Shown here one piece after another: positions 38,891 to 49,471 of a stretch of DNA of 52,322 bases; the stretch's first letter is position 1, and each line of letters opens with the position of its first letter. Location: the NCBI GenBank assembly GCA_018716745.1, contig DVJO01000153.1, positions 1 to 52,322 of the forward strand, written 5' to 3'. Both the position numbers and the translations under genes were made by a program. The notes below the pieces were generated by a model. It saw only the letters and a list, made by a program, of their open reading frames with translations. It made no database searches and had not been told where the DNA came from. Source of the stretch: Candidatus Scatenecus faecavium (GTDB lineage: Bacteria > Cyanobacteriota > Vampirovibrionia > Gastranaerophilales > Gastranaerophilaceae).

Positions 38891-39259
38891 TTAGAACATC
38901 AAACCAGCTTCTCTGGCTGCGTCAGCCAAAGCTGCTACACGGCCGTGATATAAAAATCCGCCGCGGTCAAATACAACACATTCAATGCCTTTAGCTTTTG
39001 CTTTTTTAGCGATTGCAGCACCGACAACTTTAGCAGCTTCAATGTTGCCGCCGTGTTTAAGCTGTTCTTTCAAATCTTTGTCATTTGAAGATGCTGATGC
39101 TAAAGTTACATGATTTACATCATCAATTAACTGGGCATAGATATGTTTTGTACTTCTGTAAACTGCAAGTCTCGGAAACTCTGCTGTTCCTGAAACTTTA
39201 AGTCTGATAGTACGATGTCTTTTTTGAATTTTCGGTTTTCTTGTTTCTTGTTTAATCAT
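38891..39259 (-). CDS. rplR: 50S ribosomal protein L18
   Basis: '[33 protein letters not shown]' and 'FDRGG..YHGRV.ALA.AAREAG'. Confidence 0.95.
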   Translation of the reverse strand: MIKQETRKPKIQKRHRTIRLKVSGTAEFPRLAVYRSTKHIYAQLIDDVNHVTLASASSNDKDLKEQLKHGGNIEAAKVVGAAIAKKAKAKGIECVVFDRGGFLYHGRVAALADAAREAGLMF

Positions 39260-39318
39260 TTTTCTTTTCTCCTTTTACCCGAACCTTCTTGAAACCGATT
39301 CAAGGGTTCATTTGGGCT

Positions 39319-39651
39319 TTATGCTTGTTTATCAAATACTAATTCTACTTTTGAATTGTCGACATATTGCTGTCCCAGAGATTTGTCTATATGCTCGAAG
39401 ATATCGCATAAAATCCAAGGGTTATCGACTCCTGAACTAATTCTTATACCTTTATCGGCCAATTTTTTATCTGTTTTTTGGAGATTGAAAGAATCTTTTA
39501 TATCAATATGTATCGGCTCAAAGTGGCCAGGGTTGATATATCCTTGCTCAATCATATAAGCTTTTGTTTCCTGAGCTTTTTGCTTTATGAATTCATCTTT
39601 TGTTCCATAAGGGAAACGAACATCATAAATACCTGAAAAAGATACTTTCAT
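39319..39651 (-). CDS. Hypothetical 110-aa protein inserted between rplF and rplR
   Basis: Clean ORF with RBS AGAGG 9 nt upstream and the same strand as the operon. No family recognised. Confidence 0.55.
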   Translation of the reverse strand: MKVSFSGIYDVRFPYGTKDEFIKQKAQETKAYMIEQGYINPGHFEPIHIDIKDSFNLQKTDKKLADKGIRISSGVDNPWILCDIFEHIDKSLGQQYVDNSKVELVFDKQA

Positions 39652-39675
39652 TATATCAGCCTCTAAGATTTAAGA

Positions 39676-40215
39676 TTATTTCTTACCAGCTTTACCAGCT
39701 TTACGTCTTATGTATTCGCCTTCATATCTTACACCCTTGCCTTTGTAAACTTCAGGCGGACGTTTTGAACGTATGAAAGCGGCAACATCGCCGACTTTCT
39801 GTTTATTTGAACCTTTAACACTGATTTTTGTGTTAGCTTCAACCGAAATTGTGATACCTTCCGGCGGTTCAACAACTACAGGGTGTGAATAGCCCAATGC
39901 AAGGTTAAGGTTTTTACCTTCCATATTTGCACGGTAACCTACGCCCTGGATTTCAAGTTTCTTTTCAAAACCTTCTTTAACACCGTGAACTGCGTTTGCT
40001 ACTAAAGTTCTTGACAAACCGAACAAAGCATCAGTTTCTCTTGTTTGTCCGACTTTAGACAAAATAATGTGGTTATCTTCGATTTTAACAGCAATTTCGG
40101 GACGAACTACAACGGTTTCAGTGCCAAGAGGTCCTTTTGCTGTAACAGTTTGGCCGTCAATAGTAATTTCTACACCTGACGGAATTTCAATCGGTTTTTT
40201 ACCAATACGTGACAT
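39676..40215 (-). CDS. rplF: 50S ribosomal protein L6
   Basis: '[31 protein letters not shown]'. AAGGAG RBS before ATG 40215. The tracked start at 40305 is an over-extension. Confidence 0.95.
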   Translation of the reverse strand: MSRIGKKPIEIPSGVEITIDGQTVTAKGPLGTETVVVRPEIAVKIEDNHIILSKVGQTRETDALFGLSRTLVANAVHGVKEGFEKKLEIQGVGYRANMEGKNLNLALGYSHPVVVEPPEGITISVEANTKISVKGSNKQKVGDVAAFIRSKRPPEVYKGKGVRYEGEYIRRKAGKAGKK

Positions 40216-40380
40216 GTTTTTCTCCTTATGGTATATTGCTACTTCCTGCAAAATCGTTTTAATTTCGGCTAAGATTTTGCCTGCGGGCTTTTCTACCAAT
40301 TGCACCCGCTTAATAACTTTAGCATGGAGAATTTCAAATGTAAACAGGTTATTAATATTCGTGAAGTTTTATCAAACTAA

Positions 40381-40411
40381 AAATCCGCCCTTTTTAAAGG
40401 ACGGATTTTTT
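40381..40411 (-). terminator. Terminator-like hairpin inside the spc cluster, immediately after rpsH
   Basis: Minus strand reads AAAAATCCGTCCTTT-AAAA-AGGGCGGATTTTT followed by AGTTTG. Confidence 0.5.
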
Positions 40412-40427
40412 AATTTATATATTTTGA

Positions 40428-40823
40428 TTAGTAAACATAGCAGAGAACTTCGCCGCCGATGTTTTCTTTTCTTGCTTTCCTGTCTGTTAACAAACCTTTG
40501 CTTGTTGAAACGATTGCAATTCCCATTCCGCCTAATACTTTCGGAAGATTTTTTGCTTTTGAGTAGTTTCTCAAGCCCGGTTTTGAAATTCTTTCGAGTT
40601 TTGTAATAACCGGTTTTTTATTCATGTCGTATTTTAAAATTACGGTTAAAACTTTGAATTTACCAACTTCTTTAACTTCATAATCTGTGATAAATCCTTC
40701 TTCTTTTAACAATTTTGCTAATTCAACTTTTAATTTTGAAGATGGCATTTCAACTTTTTCATGAGATACCATGTTAGCATTTCTGATTCTTGTTAGCATA
40801 TCTGCTATAGGATCTGTATTCAT
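40428..40823 (-). CDS. rpsH: 30S ribosomal protein S8
   Basis: '[13 protein letters not shown]' N-terminus. Confidence 0.95.
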   Translation of the reverse strand: MNTDPIADMLTRIRNANMVSHEKVEMPSSKLKVELAKLLKEEGFITDYEVKEVGKFKVLTVILKYDMNKKPVITKLERISKPGLRNYSKAKNLPKVLGGMGIAIVSTSKGLLTDRKARKENIGGEVLCYVY

Positions 40824-40960
40824 TTTATTTTCCTTTTTAATTATGTCAGATAATTCTGACGCTACTTACCAATTTTTGTCCGGTTCGGCTTTGGCTGCCG
40901 CCTTGACGAGCTTTAGCAGTTTAGCAAGGTTTTAAAGTTTTTATTTAAACTTATTTATGC

Positions 40961-41167
40961 TTACCAGCTAGCTTTTGTAACACCCGGAAGCAAGCCCTGG
41001 TGTGCCATTTTTCTTAAACAAATTCTGCAAAGACCGAAATCTCTGTGGTAACCGTGAGGTCTGCCGCAGATGGAGCATCTGTTGTGAAGTCTTACAACTG
41101 GGTATTTACCCTTTGCTGCCAATGCTTCGCGTCTAAGTTCTTTGTTTATCATCGCTTTTTTAGCCAT
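40961..41167 (-). CDS. rpsN: 30S ribosomal protein S14, zinc-binding (type Z) form
   Basis: 68 aa, '[23 protein letters not shown]', ends '...ASW'. Confidence 0.9.
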   Translation of the reverse strand: MAKKAMINKELRREALAAKGKYPVVRLHNRCSICGRPHGYHRDFGLCRICLRKMAHQGLLPGVTKASW

Positions 41168-41244
41168 GAATTTCTCCTTTGTTAGTTATTTTCTTTACTT
41201 TATGTCTTTGTTATACAGACGATAAGTTTTTAATTATGTTTCGA

Positions 41245-41802
41245 TTACTTGTTCAAACCTTTGAAAGGCATTCCGAGCAATCTTAACAATTCTCTTGCTT
41301 CGTCATCTGTGTTAGCTGTTGTGATAATTGATATGTTCATACCTTTTACCAAATCAACTTCTTCGTATGTAATTTCAGGGAACAAAGCTTGTTCTTTCAA
41401 TCCTAAAGTGTAGTTGCCGCGGCCATCGAAAGATTTTGCACTGATACCTCTGAAGTCACGAATTCTCGGCAATACAACGCAGATAAGTTTCTGTAAGAAA
41501 TCATACATTCTGTCACCGCGTAATGTTGCCATTGCACCTACCGGCATACCTTCTCTTAGTTTGTAGGTTGCGATAGATTTTTTAGCTTTTGTAACAACTG
41601 CCTTTTGACCGGCAATTTTTGTCAACTGAGCTTCGATTGATTCAGCTATTTTTGAGTTGTGAGAAGCTTCACCAACACCCATGTTCAAGACAATTTTGTG
41701 AAGAGCCGGAATTTGATGGTCATTTTTATATCCAAACTTTTCTTTCAATGCTGATTTTACTTCTTCATTGTATTTTGTTCTTAAGTTTTTTGTTGTTGTC
41801 AT
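41245..41802 (-). CDS. rplE: 50S ribosomal protein L5
   Basis: 'NMGVGEA', '[18 protein letters not shown]' L5 signatures. Confidence 0.95.
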   Translation of the reverse strand: MTTTKNLRTKYNEEVKSALKEKFGYKNDHQIPALHKIVLNMGVGEASHNSKIAESIEAQLTKIAGQKAVVTKAKKSIATYKLREGMPVGAMATLRGDRMYDFLQKLICVVLPRIRDFRGISAKSFDGRGNYTLGLKEQALFPEITYEEVDLVKGMNISIITTANTDDEARELLRLLGMPFKGLNK

Positions 41803-41852
41803 TTGTTTTTTCCTTAATTCTTGGACGCTATCTTTAGTTTAGCACATAAAGA

Positions 41853-42191
41853 TTAAACGTCTAATTGTTCACCACATTTTTTACAAACACGGACTTTTTT
41901 GCCTTCAACTACTTCGTGTTTGATCCTTGTCGGTTTTTCGCAAGCGGGACATACAACCATTACATTTGAGGCATCCATCGGAGCTTCAAGTTTGATAAGG
42001 CCGCCCTGAATTCCTGCCATCGGCTGGGGTTTTTGGGCTTTTGTCACCATGTTTGCGCCTTCAACTGTCACTTTGGACTTTGAAGGATCAGCTTTTTTAA
42101 TATTGCCGATTTTTCCTTTGTCTTTGCCTGAAAGAACGATTACTCTGTCACCGTTTTTTACATGCAAATCTTTTTTATTTTTGTCTGCCAT
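41853..42191 (-). CDS. rplX: 50S ribosomal protein L24 (variant with CPAC...CKKC zinc-ribbon-like Cys pairs)
   Basis: 'VKNGDRVIVLSGKDKGKIG...VEGANMVTK' KOW motif. C-terminal CxxC x17 CxxC. Confidence 0.9.
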   Translation of the reverse strand: MADKNKKDLHVKNGDRVIVLSGKDKGKIGNIKKADPSKSKVTVEGANMVTKAQKPQPMAGIQGGLIKLEAPMDASNVMVVCPACEKPTRIKHEVVEGKKVRVCKKCGEQLDV

Positions 42192-42283
42192 TTTTCTGTT
42201 TTCTCCATTTTTCTTACGTTTCCGACAGGTACTGCCGGGCGTAAATCTATATTATGTTGGTTAACAATTTAGTTTTTATAAAA

Positions 42284-42652
42284 CTAAATAACTTCAGGTG
42301 CCAAAGATACGATTTTCATAAATCCTTTGTCACGAAGTTCACGGGCAACAGGTCCGAAAACACGTGTACCGCGCGGGTTGCCGTCTTTGTTAATGATTAC
42401 GGCTGCGTTTTCGTCAAATCTGATAACTGAACCGTCTTCACGTTTTATGTCAGCTTTTGTTCTAACGACAACAGCTGTAACAACTTCACCAGATTTTACG
42501 GTTTGGTTAGGTGCTGCTGATTTTACAGAGCAAACGATTCTGTCGCCTACTGCTGCAAATTTTTTGTTAGAGCTGCCTAAAACACGAATACATAACAGTT
42601 GTTTTGCACCTGTGTTATCTGCTACTTCTAATCTTGTTTCTTGTTGTATCAT
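42284..42652 (-). CDS. rplN: 50S ribosomal protein L14
   Basis: '[17 protein letters not shown]' N-terminus. Confidence 0.95.
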   Translation of the reverse strand: MIQQETRLEVADNTGAKQLLCIRVLGSSNKKFAAVGDRIVCSVKSAAPNQTVKSGEVVTAVVVRTKADIKREDGSVIRFDENAAVIINKDGNPRGTRVFGPVARELRDKGFMKIVSLAPEVI

Positions 42653-42731
42653 TTTAGTTTCCTTTTTCTTTTATAGTATGTTTACTACATTGGCCTCTCA
42701 TTACTCTATGGTAATGCTGCCTTTTAATTCA

Positions 42732-42977
42732 CTATCTTACTTTTTCAACAACTTCAACAACTGTCCAGCGTTTGTCGGCAGATTTCGGTTTTGATTCAAT
42801 AATTCTAACTTTATCGCCTTCTGAACAAATATTGTTTTCGTCATGAGCTTTGTAGTGTTTGTTTGATTCTATAATCTTTTTGTATTTTGGATGCGGCTCA
42901 TAGTCTGCAACTTTTACAACTACGGTTTTATCCATTTTATTACTGATTACGATTCCTTGTTTTTCTTTCTTAGGCAT
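42732..42977 (-). CDS. rpsQ: 30S ribosomal protein S17
   Basis: '[12 protein letters not shown]......HP.YKK....K.Y.AHDE' pattern. Confidence 0.9.
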   Translation of the reverse strand: MPKKEKQGIVISNKMDKTVVVKVADYEPHPKYKKIIESNKHYKAHDENNICSEGDKVRIIESKPKSADKRWTVVEVVEKVR

Positions 42978-43167
42978 TTTGTACCTCTTTTTCTCTAATT
43001 ACAGTTTTTGCTTGAGCTATAAGTTTTTTTGTTTTAGAAATTAACGCTGTATTTTCTAATTTGTGAGTTGAGAGTTGAAGTTTGTAGTTAAACAAATCTT
43101 TCTTCCAATCAACTATTGCACTTTGCAGCTCATCTACTGTTTTTTCGCGCATTTCATCTAATTTCAT
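42970..43167 (-). CDS. rpmC: 50S ribosomal protein L29
   Basis: 65 aa with the '...L..L.FN.KLQ....LEN' pattern. Position between L16 and S17. Confidence 0.9.
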   Translation of the reverse strand: MKLDEMREKTVDELQSAIVDWKKDLFNYKLQLSTHKLENTALISKTKKLIAQAKTVIREKEVQNA

Positions 43168-43245
43168 TGTTTATTTTCCTTTTATTTATTTCGTTAATCC
43201 AGTCTTAGCGATAAACGGAGTCGTTTTAATCCGGCATTTCACCGC

Positions 43246-43659
43246 TTACGCTTTAGCTTTTTCTACAACTTTTACTTTGATTGGAAGTTTTTGAGCTGCG
43301 AGTTCAAGAGCATGAACTGCAATGTTTCTGTCAAAGTAATCAAGTTCGAAAAGAATTCTGTTCGGTTTAACAACAGCAACCCAGTATTCAAGGTTACCTT
43401 TTCCTGAACCCATACGGGTTTCAGCCGGTTTTGCCGTAATCGGTTTATCCGGGAAGATTTTAATCCAAACATTACCACCGCGTTTGATTTCACGAGTCAT
43501 AGCACGACGAGCTGCTTCTATCTGACGGCTGGTAATCCAACCGGGTTCTACAGCTTGCAATGCATAACCGCCGAATTCAAGTTGTGTACCTCTGGTTTCG
43601 GTACCTTTCATTCTGCCTTTCATCATTTTGCGGTATTTAGTTTTTTTAGGCTGTAACAT
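43246..43659 (-). CDS. rplP: 50S ribosomal protein L16
   Basis: '[15 protein letters not shown]', '[15 protein letters not shown]'. Confidence 0.95.
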   Translation of the reverse strand: MLQPKKTKYRKMMKGRMKGTETRGTQLEFGGYALQAVEPGWITSRQIEAARRAMTREIKRGGNVWIKIFPDKPITAKPAETRMGSGKGNLEYWVAVVKPNRILFELDYFDRNIAVHALELAAQKLPIKVKVVEKAKA

Positions 43660-43696
43660 TATATTTGCTCCTATTGTTTTTTATATACCTTTTGAC

Positions 43697-44440
43697 TTAT
43701 TCTGCTGCGTTTTCAGTTGCTGCAGCTCTGTTGTTACGTCTCGGACGTCTCATACCTTTGTCTGAACCGCCTTTGTCGTTTTTAGCTTTGATGTTTTGGT
43801 CTGCTTTTTCACCTGGCATTAACACGCCTTTGAAAATCCAAACTTTAACACCGATTTTACCCATAATTGTATCAGCTTCTGTGAAACCGTAGTCAACGTC
43901 AGCACGTAAAGTTTGAAGAGGAATTCTGCCTTCTTTAGCCCATTCTGAACGGGCAATTTCAGCACCGCCCAAACGTCCTGATACCATAACTTTGATACCT
44001 TGAGCGCCGGCTCTCATTGTACGCTGCATTGCCTGCTTCATTGCACGTCTGAATGCTACACGTTTTTCGAGCTGTTGAGCGATTTGTTCTGCTACTAATT
44101 GAGCGTCTGCGTCAATTCTTGCAACTTCTACTACGTTAATTATTACGGGTTTGCCAATGTATTTTGTTACTTCGTTTTTAAGCTCTTCAATACCTTGTCC
44201 GCCTCTGCCTACTACGATACCAGGTTTTGCTGTTACAAGAGTGATTGTAATATTTTGAGCTTTTCTTGCGATTTTAATTTTTGATACACCAGCTGTGTAT
44301 AATTTTTTCTTGACGAATTTTCTGATTTTATCGTCTTCTTTTACGAGTTGGCGATATTCTTTGAACTTAGCATACCAAGTGCTTGCCCAAGGCTGAATAA
44401 TGCCTACTCTAAATCCGGTTGGATGTGTTTTTTGTCCCAT
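43697..44440 (-). CDS. rpsC: 30S ribosomal protein S3 (with a basic C-terminal extension)
   Basis: '[14 protein letters not shown]...W.S.WYA' and the KH domain '[11 protein letters not shown]'. Confidence 0.95.
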   Translation of the reverse strand: MGQKTHPTGFRVGIIQPWASTWYAKFKEYRQLVKEDDKIRKFVKKKLYTAGVSKIKIARKAQNITITLVTAKPGIVVGRGGQGIEELKNEVTKYIGKPVIINVVEVARIDADAQLVAEQIAQQLEKRVAFRRAMKQAMQRTMRAGAQGIKVMVSGRLGGAEIARSEWAKEGRIPLQTLRADVDYGFTEADTIMGKIGVKVWIFKGVLMPGEKADQNIKAKNDKGGSDKGMRRPRRNNRAAATENAAE

Positions 44441-44536
44441 TTTTTATACCTTTTGTTTTGTACTTTACCTTTGTTTTTATACGCCCGCTTATCGTCAACC
44501 CTTCGCACAAGGCGTCAGATTGACTTCTGCTTCGCG

Positions 44537-44878
44537 CTACTTTTTAACGATATCACTTACTTTAAGAGTTAAGTGAGATGTACGTTTTAGTCTGCTGTAC
44601 ATACGGCCTTGAGCTCTTGTACGTGCTCTTTTGTATGTAACGCTTTCGTCTGCAAAGATTTCGGAAATCTTCAAAGATTCAGCGCCTACGCCGTATTTTT
44701 CCTGAGCGTTAGCTACTGCAGCTTTTAAGTTCTTTTCAACAACTCTTGCTGCAAAATAAGGCATAAAACGTAACATATCTTGAGCTTCTTTGACAGATTT
44801 TCCGCGAACTTCGTTGATTACCCGGCGAAGTTTTCTTGCTGTCATTTTTATATCTGTTTGTTTTGCTTTAGCTTCCAT
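44537..44878 (-). CDS. rplV: 50S ribosomal protein L22
   Basis: 'ARKLRRVINEVRGKSV.EA...L.F' pattern. Confidence 0.95.
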   Translation of the reverse strand: MEAKAKQTDIKMTARKLRRVINEVRGKSVKEAQDMLRFMPYFAARVVEKNLKAAVANAQEKYGVGAESLKISEIFADESVTYKRARTRAQGRMYSRLKRTSHLTLKVSDIVKK

Positions 44879-44940
44879 TTTTACTTTCCTTATAGTTTTT
44901 ATCTAACTCGTTGGCTTTAGAGAAATCCCTTCAGCTCGCG

Positions 44941-45222
44941 TTATTTTCTTTTTGCAGTTTTGTCGGAACCTGCGTGTCCTTTGAACATTCTTGTCGGTGC
45001 GAATTCACCTAATTTGTGTCCAATCATTTGCTCTGTTACGTATACCGGAACATGAGTTTTACCATTGTGAACAGCAATTGTGTGACCTAACATATCAGGT
45101 ACTATCATTGATGCTCTTGACCAGGTTTTAATTACTTTATGTTCTGAATTTGCATTCATTTTTTCGATTCTTTTTTGTAGAGCTTCTTCTACGTATGGAC
45201 CTTTTTTTAATGAACGTGCCAT
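44941..45222 (-). CDS. rpsS: 30S ribosomal protein S19
   Basis: '[11 protein letters not shown]', '[24 protein letters not shown]'. Confidence 0.95.
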   Translation of the reverse strand: MARSLKKGPYVEEALQKRIEKMNANSEHKVIKTWSRASMIVPDMLGHTIAVHNGKTHVPVYVTEQMIGHKLGEFAPTRMFKGHAGSDKTAKRK

Positions 45223-45344
45223 TAATTTCTCCTTTTATTATTTTTGGTTGAATTTTTGTTTTTATCCTGGATTATTGGCGGTTCAAAACTTTTTATTTCA
45301 AAGTTTTTCACTCTTAAGTGCGCTGTTTGCGCCTGCCCAAACCC

Positions 45345-46172
45345 TTATTTCTTTCTTCTTCTAACGATTAGTTTATCAGAAGCTTTGCCTTTTTTGCGGG
45401 TTTTCTGTCCGAGAGCCGGTTTACCCCAAGGTGTTTTCGGGTGTCCGCCGGGACCTGTTTTACCTTCACCACCACCGTGAGGGTGATCGCAAGGGTTCAT
45501 TGTAACACCGCGGACTGTAGGTCTGATACCCATATAACGTTTTCTTCCGGCTTTACCTAAAGAAATGTTTTTGAATTCTGAGTTGCCTAAGGTTCCGATG
45601 GTTGCCATACATTCTTTTCTTACCATTCTCATTTCTGATGATGGAAGTTTGATTGTTACGTAATTGCCTTCTTTAGCCATTACCTGAGCGGCATTACCTG
45701 CTGATCTAACCATAACTCCGCCACGACCAGGGTTCAATTCGATATTGTGAACGATTGTACCTAACGGAATTAATTCTAACGGAAGCGCATTACCGTTTTG
45801 TACAGGAGCTTCAGGCCCTGAAACAACTACATCGCCTACGTTTAAGCCTTCGGGGGTCAAGATATATCTTTTTTCACCGTCAGCATAATATAATAATGAA
45901 ATTCTTACGTTTCTGTTCGGATCGTATTCAATAGTTTTTACTGTTGCCGGAATTCCGAATTTTTCACGTTTAAAATCGATTACGCGGTAAGTTCTTTTTA
46001 CACCGCCGCCTTTATGACGGCATGTAATTCTACCGGTATTGTTTCTGCCGGCAGTTTTCTTCAATGATTTAAGAAGTGATTTTTCAGGGGTTGAAGTTGT
46101 GATTTCCTGGTAATCACTCTTTGTCATACCTCTTTGTCCCGGAGATGTCGGGTTTATTTTTCTGATTGCCAT
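45345..46172 (-). CDS. rplB: 50S ribosomal protein L2
   Basis: '[15 protein letters not shown]', 'GRNN.GRIT.RH.GGG.KR.YR.IDF', 'PHGGGEG'. Confidence 0.95.
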   Translation of the reverse strand: MAIRKINPTSPGQRGMTKSDYQEITTSTPEKSLLKSLKKTAGRNNTGRITCRHKGGGVKRTYRVIDFKREKFGIPATVKTIEYDPNRNVRISLLYYADGEKRYILTPEGLNVGDVVVSGPEAPVQNGNALPLELIPLGTIVHNIELNPGRGGVMVRSAGNAAQVMAKEGNYVTIKLPSSEMRMVRKECMATIGTLGNSEFKNISLGKAGRKRYMGIRPTVRGVTMNPCDHPHGGGEGKTGPGGHPKTPWGKPALGQKTRKKGKASDKLIVRRRKK

Positions 46173-46299
46173 TTTGTTTTTCTCCTTTGGCTTTTTGTAT
46201 TACATTTGGGACTTGTGCCAGACGCCCCGTTTTGGTTTTGCAGTCTTCTCTTGCAAACGCAAGCCGGTATACAAAACCGTCACCCTGTGTTAGGGTTTG

Positions 46300-46605
46300 T
46301 TACGCTCCGATTAATTCTTCAATCGGTTCGCCTTCGATCGTTACGATGGCTTTTTTAGAGGAATCAGTTCTGCCGAATTTGTATCCCATTCTTTTTTCGT
46401 GAGATGGCATGTAAACTGTTCTTACTTTTTTAACTTTTCTGCCCGGAAAAGCTAATTCAACTGCTTGTGCAATTTCAATTTTTGTAGCGTTTTTTACAAC
46501 TTCAAAAGTGTATTGTCCAAGAGTTGTTGCACCTACTGATTTTTCAGTAATTAAAGGCTTTTTAATAATGCCGTATAATTTTTCTGTATTTGATGTTTCT
46601 TTCAT
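46300..46605 (-). CDS. rplW: 50S ribosomal protein L23
   Basis: 'I.KPLITEKS......YTF.V...A.K.EI..AVE' pattern. Confidence 0.9.
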   Translation of the reverse strand: MKETSNTEKLYGIIKKPLITEKSVGATTLGQYTFEVVKNATKIEIAQAVELAFPGRKVKKVRTVYMPSHEKRMGYKFGRTDSSKKAIVTIEGEPIEELIGA

Positions 46606-46645
46606 TATAAATTTCCTTTTCTTTTCCTTGGTTTTACACTTTTAA

Positions 46646-47272
46646 TTAGCTTAATCTTTCAGTGATATCTTTTACTGATGCTTCTGTTAATACAACGAAG
46701 TCAGCTTCCAACAAGTCTTTTACATTCAAGTTTGACGGTAAAATCATTTTTACGCTCGGAATATTTCTTGCAGAAAGTTCAAGGAATTTATTTTCTGCAG
46801 CTTTTGTATCAGCTACGATTAAAACTTTTCCTGAAACGTTCAAAGATTTTAATGCACTTACCATCAATTTTGTTTTCGGCTCAGCGATTGTTGAGAAGTC
46901 TTTTACAACAATTAATTGGTCTTGTCTTGCAGACAATGCAGATTTCAAAGCCAATTTTCTTGCTTTTTGAGGCATATTGAAAGCGTAGCTTCTTGGTTTT
47001 GGTCCAAAGATTACGCCGCCGCCTGCAAACAATGGTGAACGCAAAGAACCTGCACGAGCGCGGCCTGTACCTTTTTGTTTCCAGGGTTTTTTACCGCCGC
47101 CTGAAACTTCAGCTCTTGTTTTTGCGCAAGCTGAACCCTGGCGTGCATTATTTAATTGTCTTCTTAAAGCAAGGTGCATAACGTGCAGGTTCGGTTCTAC
47201 GCCGAAAACTTCTGCATTCAAGTTAATTTCACCTAATTTTTCTCCGTTTGTACTTAATATTTCTTTTGACAT
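46646..47272 (-). CDS. rplD: 50S ribosomal protein L4
   Basis: 'KTRAEVSGGGKKPWKQKGTGRARAGS.RSP....GG..FGPKPR'. Confidence 0.95.
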   Translation of the reverse strand: MSKEILSTNGEKLGEINLNAEVFGVEPNLHVMHLALRRQLNNARQGSACAKTRAEVSGGGKKPWKQKGTGRARAGSLRSPLFAGGGVIFGPKPRSYAFNMPQKARKLALKSALSARQDQLIVVKDFSTIAEPKTKLMVSALKSLNVSGKVLIVADTKAAENKFLELSARNIPSVKMILPSNLNVKDLLEADFVVLTEASVKDITERLS

Positions 47273-47521
47273 TTTGTTTTTCCTTTATATTAATTATTAT
47301 CTCGTTTAAGATCGCTTACCGCTTTTCGAAATTCGATTTTATTTGGCAAGACCGACCGGTTTAGACTTTTCCTTGTCGTTTGGATTTGTAGTTGTATATG
47401 ATTATTGCTTCACGCTCCGCAGCCATTCGCTTCATTTTATTTAATATAAAATTTCGCTCATTTGCTCCGAGCTACTTCGGGCTGGGTTCGCTATCGCTCA
47501 CGCGGCGCCCTACGCAAAATC

Positions 47522-48157
47522 CTAGTTCCACTTAGTTCTTGTCGGAACAATTGTTACCAATCTGCCTTCGCAGCCGGGTACTGAACCTTTTACTAATACA
47601 AGATTTTTTTCAGCATCTACTTTAACTAATTTTAATTTTGTAATAGTAACTCTTTCGTTGCCCATGTTACCTGCCATTCTTTTGCCTTTGATAACACGTG
47701 AAGGAGTTGTACCTGCACCGATTGAACCAGGTTCTCTGTGATTTTTAGAACCGTGACCCATTGGTCCTCTGCCGAAGTTCCAGCGTTTTACTGTACCCTG
47801 GAAACCTTTACCGATTGATTTTCCAGTAACATCTACTTTTTCAACGTTGTTAAGGATTGAAAGTTCGATTTTGTCACCTACTTTGTAGTCTGACGGGTTG
47901 TCAACTCTGAATTCTTGTAAGTGTCTGAAGTTTTCTAAGTTATTCTTTTTGAAATGACCCAATTGTGCTTTTGTTAAGTGTTTTTCTTTTGCTGCAATTG
48001 TTCCGACCTGGATTGCATTATAGCCGTCTGTTTCAACTGTTTTAACCTGTGTAACGACGATATCGTCAACTTTGATAACAGTAACGGGGATTGCTAATCC
48101 TTGTTCGTCAAAAATTTGTGTCATTCCAAGTTTTTTACCTATTACACCTAGTGTCAT
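47522..48157 (-). CDS. rplC: 50S ribosomal protein L3
   Basis: 'G..GKKLGMTQIF', 'GKGFQG..KRWNF..G...HGS..HR.PGSIG'. Confidence 0.95.
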   Translation of the reverse strand: MTLGVIGKKLGMTQIFDEQGLAIPVTVIKVDDIVVTQVKTVETDGYNAIQVGTIAAKEKHLTKAQLGHFKKNNLENFRHLQEFRVDNPSDYKVGDKIELSILNNVEKVDVTGKSIGKGFQGTVKRWNFGRGPMGHGSKNHREPGSIGAGTTPSRVIKGKRMAGNMGNERVTITKLKLVKVDAEKNLVLVKGSVPGCEGRLVTIVPTRTKWN

Positions 48158-48368
48158 ATTTTACCTTTCTAGCTCGCCTTACTTGGTGCGGACGTATTCC
48201 GCCCCGTTTCGGGTTTGCATTTTCACTTGCGAGCGCTACTTGCTGCCTTTGTACTTTACCTTCGGGACTTTCACCCTCCGCGCCGAAAGGTTTAACCTTT
48301 GGGCGGGTAGTAGATCACATTATATATGCATAATGCTTATTTAATTTTCAGTTTGGCTTTTGTTTCAA

Positions 48369-48686
48369 TTAAAGTTTTACTTCAATATCAACGCCTGCCG
48401 GCAAATCTAATCTACTTAACTCTTCAGTTGTCTGTTGAGTCGGTTCGTATATATCGATAATGCGTTTGTGTGTTCTAAGTTCGAAGTGTTCACGAGATTT
48501 TTTGTCAACGTGCGGTGAACGAAGAACGCAATATATACGTCTTTTTGTCGGTAAAGGAATCGGGCCTGCAACTTTTGCATCTGTTCTTTTTGCAGTTTCT
48601 ACGATTTTGTCTGAAGATACGTCAATAAGTTTGTGATCGTATGCTTTTAAACAAACTCTGATTCTTTGTCTTTTTGTGCTTGCCAT
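48369..48686 (-). CDS. rpsJ: 30S ribosomal protein S10
   Basis: 'RIRV.LKAYDH..ID.S...[17 protein letters not shown]', '[21 protein letters not shown]'. Confidence 0.95.
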   Translation of the reverse strand: MASTKRQRIRVCLKAYDHKLIDVSSDKIVETAKRTDAKVAGPIPLPTKRRIYCVLRSPHVDKKSREHFELRTHKRIIDIYEPTQQTTEELSRLDLPAGVDIEVKL

Positions 48687-48916
48687 ATTTATTCCTTTTC
48701 TTTTTGTATAAATACACTTTTGAGGTCTTATTTCAGGCGAAACCTCTACTGCGCCTTACTTTTGCCTGAATTGCTATTTGTAAATAATTTCGGGTATTTG
48801 TAAAAATTTACTATACTTCAAGCATATTGATGGTATTACAAACATGAATGCCTGTCAACATAGATTTTGTCGGATTGTTTAGTTTTTGTTACATATTTTG
48901 TAATAAAACGTTACAT

Positions 48917-48942
48917 AAAAAAATGCCGCATTACTGCGGCGC
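48917..48942 (-). terminator. Rho-independent terminator after minE
   Basis: Minus strand reads GCCGCA-GTAA-TGCGGC followed by ATTTTTTT. Confidence 0.7.
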
Positions 48943-48981
48943 TTAATTCTCTCTCTTTCAACTCTGAATTAATTCAGAGGA

Positions 48982-49470
48982 TTATTTTGATTTACTGTGT
49001 TTTGTGTTGGTATTAGATTCTTCTGTTTGAGTTTCTTCGGAAATTTCTTCCTCTAAAGAGGTTTCATCTTCTGCAATTTCAGAACATTCTTCTTCTGTAT
49101 CATCTGAAGTTTCGCTTTCATCTTCATTTTTTTCAGAAGTTTCTGCTTCTGCTTCTTCTTCGGCAGCTTCGATTTCTTCTTCATCTTTTGCCCGCAAAAC
49201 CGGAATAGAAAGCATTAATGCCATTTGATTTCCTTCCTGTTCGAAATTAAGTTCAAGAGCATCTTTATCCATTTCAACATATTTTGAAAGAAGTTCAATC
49301 AATTCGCCGCGCATTTTTTCCAGAAGTTCAGGCGTAAGATTTGTTCTGTCCTGCATTAAAACTACACGAAGACGGTTTACTGCCGTGTCTTTTGCATTTT
49401 CTTCCTTTTGTTCTGTCTGGCGGAAAAAGCCGAAAACTTTATTAAATAAATCTGAGAAAATATCTTTCAT
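48982..49470 (-). CDS. minE: Cell division topological specificity factor MinE with a long acidic C-terminal extension
   Basis: 'MKDIFSDLFNKVFGFF' membrane-targeting-like N-terminus, 'A.NRLRVVLMQDR', 'NQMALMLSIPV'. GGAGAAG RBS; ATG lies 1 nt after the minD stop. The last ~70 aa are E/D/S/T-rich. Confidence 0.85.
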   Translation of the reverse strand: MKDIFSDLFNKVFGFFRQTEQKEENAKDTAVNRLRVVLMQDRTNLTPELLEKMRGELIELLSKYVEMDKDALELNFEQEGNQMALMLSIPVLRAKDEEEIEAAEEEAEAETSEKNEDESETSDDTEEECSEIAEDETSLEEEISEETQTEESNTNTKHSKSK

Positions 49471-49471
49471 C

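Noticed and set aside
40067-40606. 179-aa plus-strand ORF across rplF/rpsH; similar antisense ORFs lie over rplN/rpsQ (42327..42794), rplD, rplC, fusA, ppdK and minD
   Set aside because: They are antisense to highly conserved ribosomal or housekeeping genes and have implausible composition. They are classic shadow ORFs.
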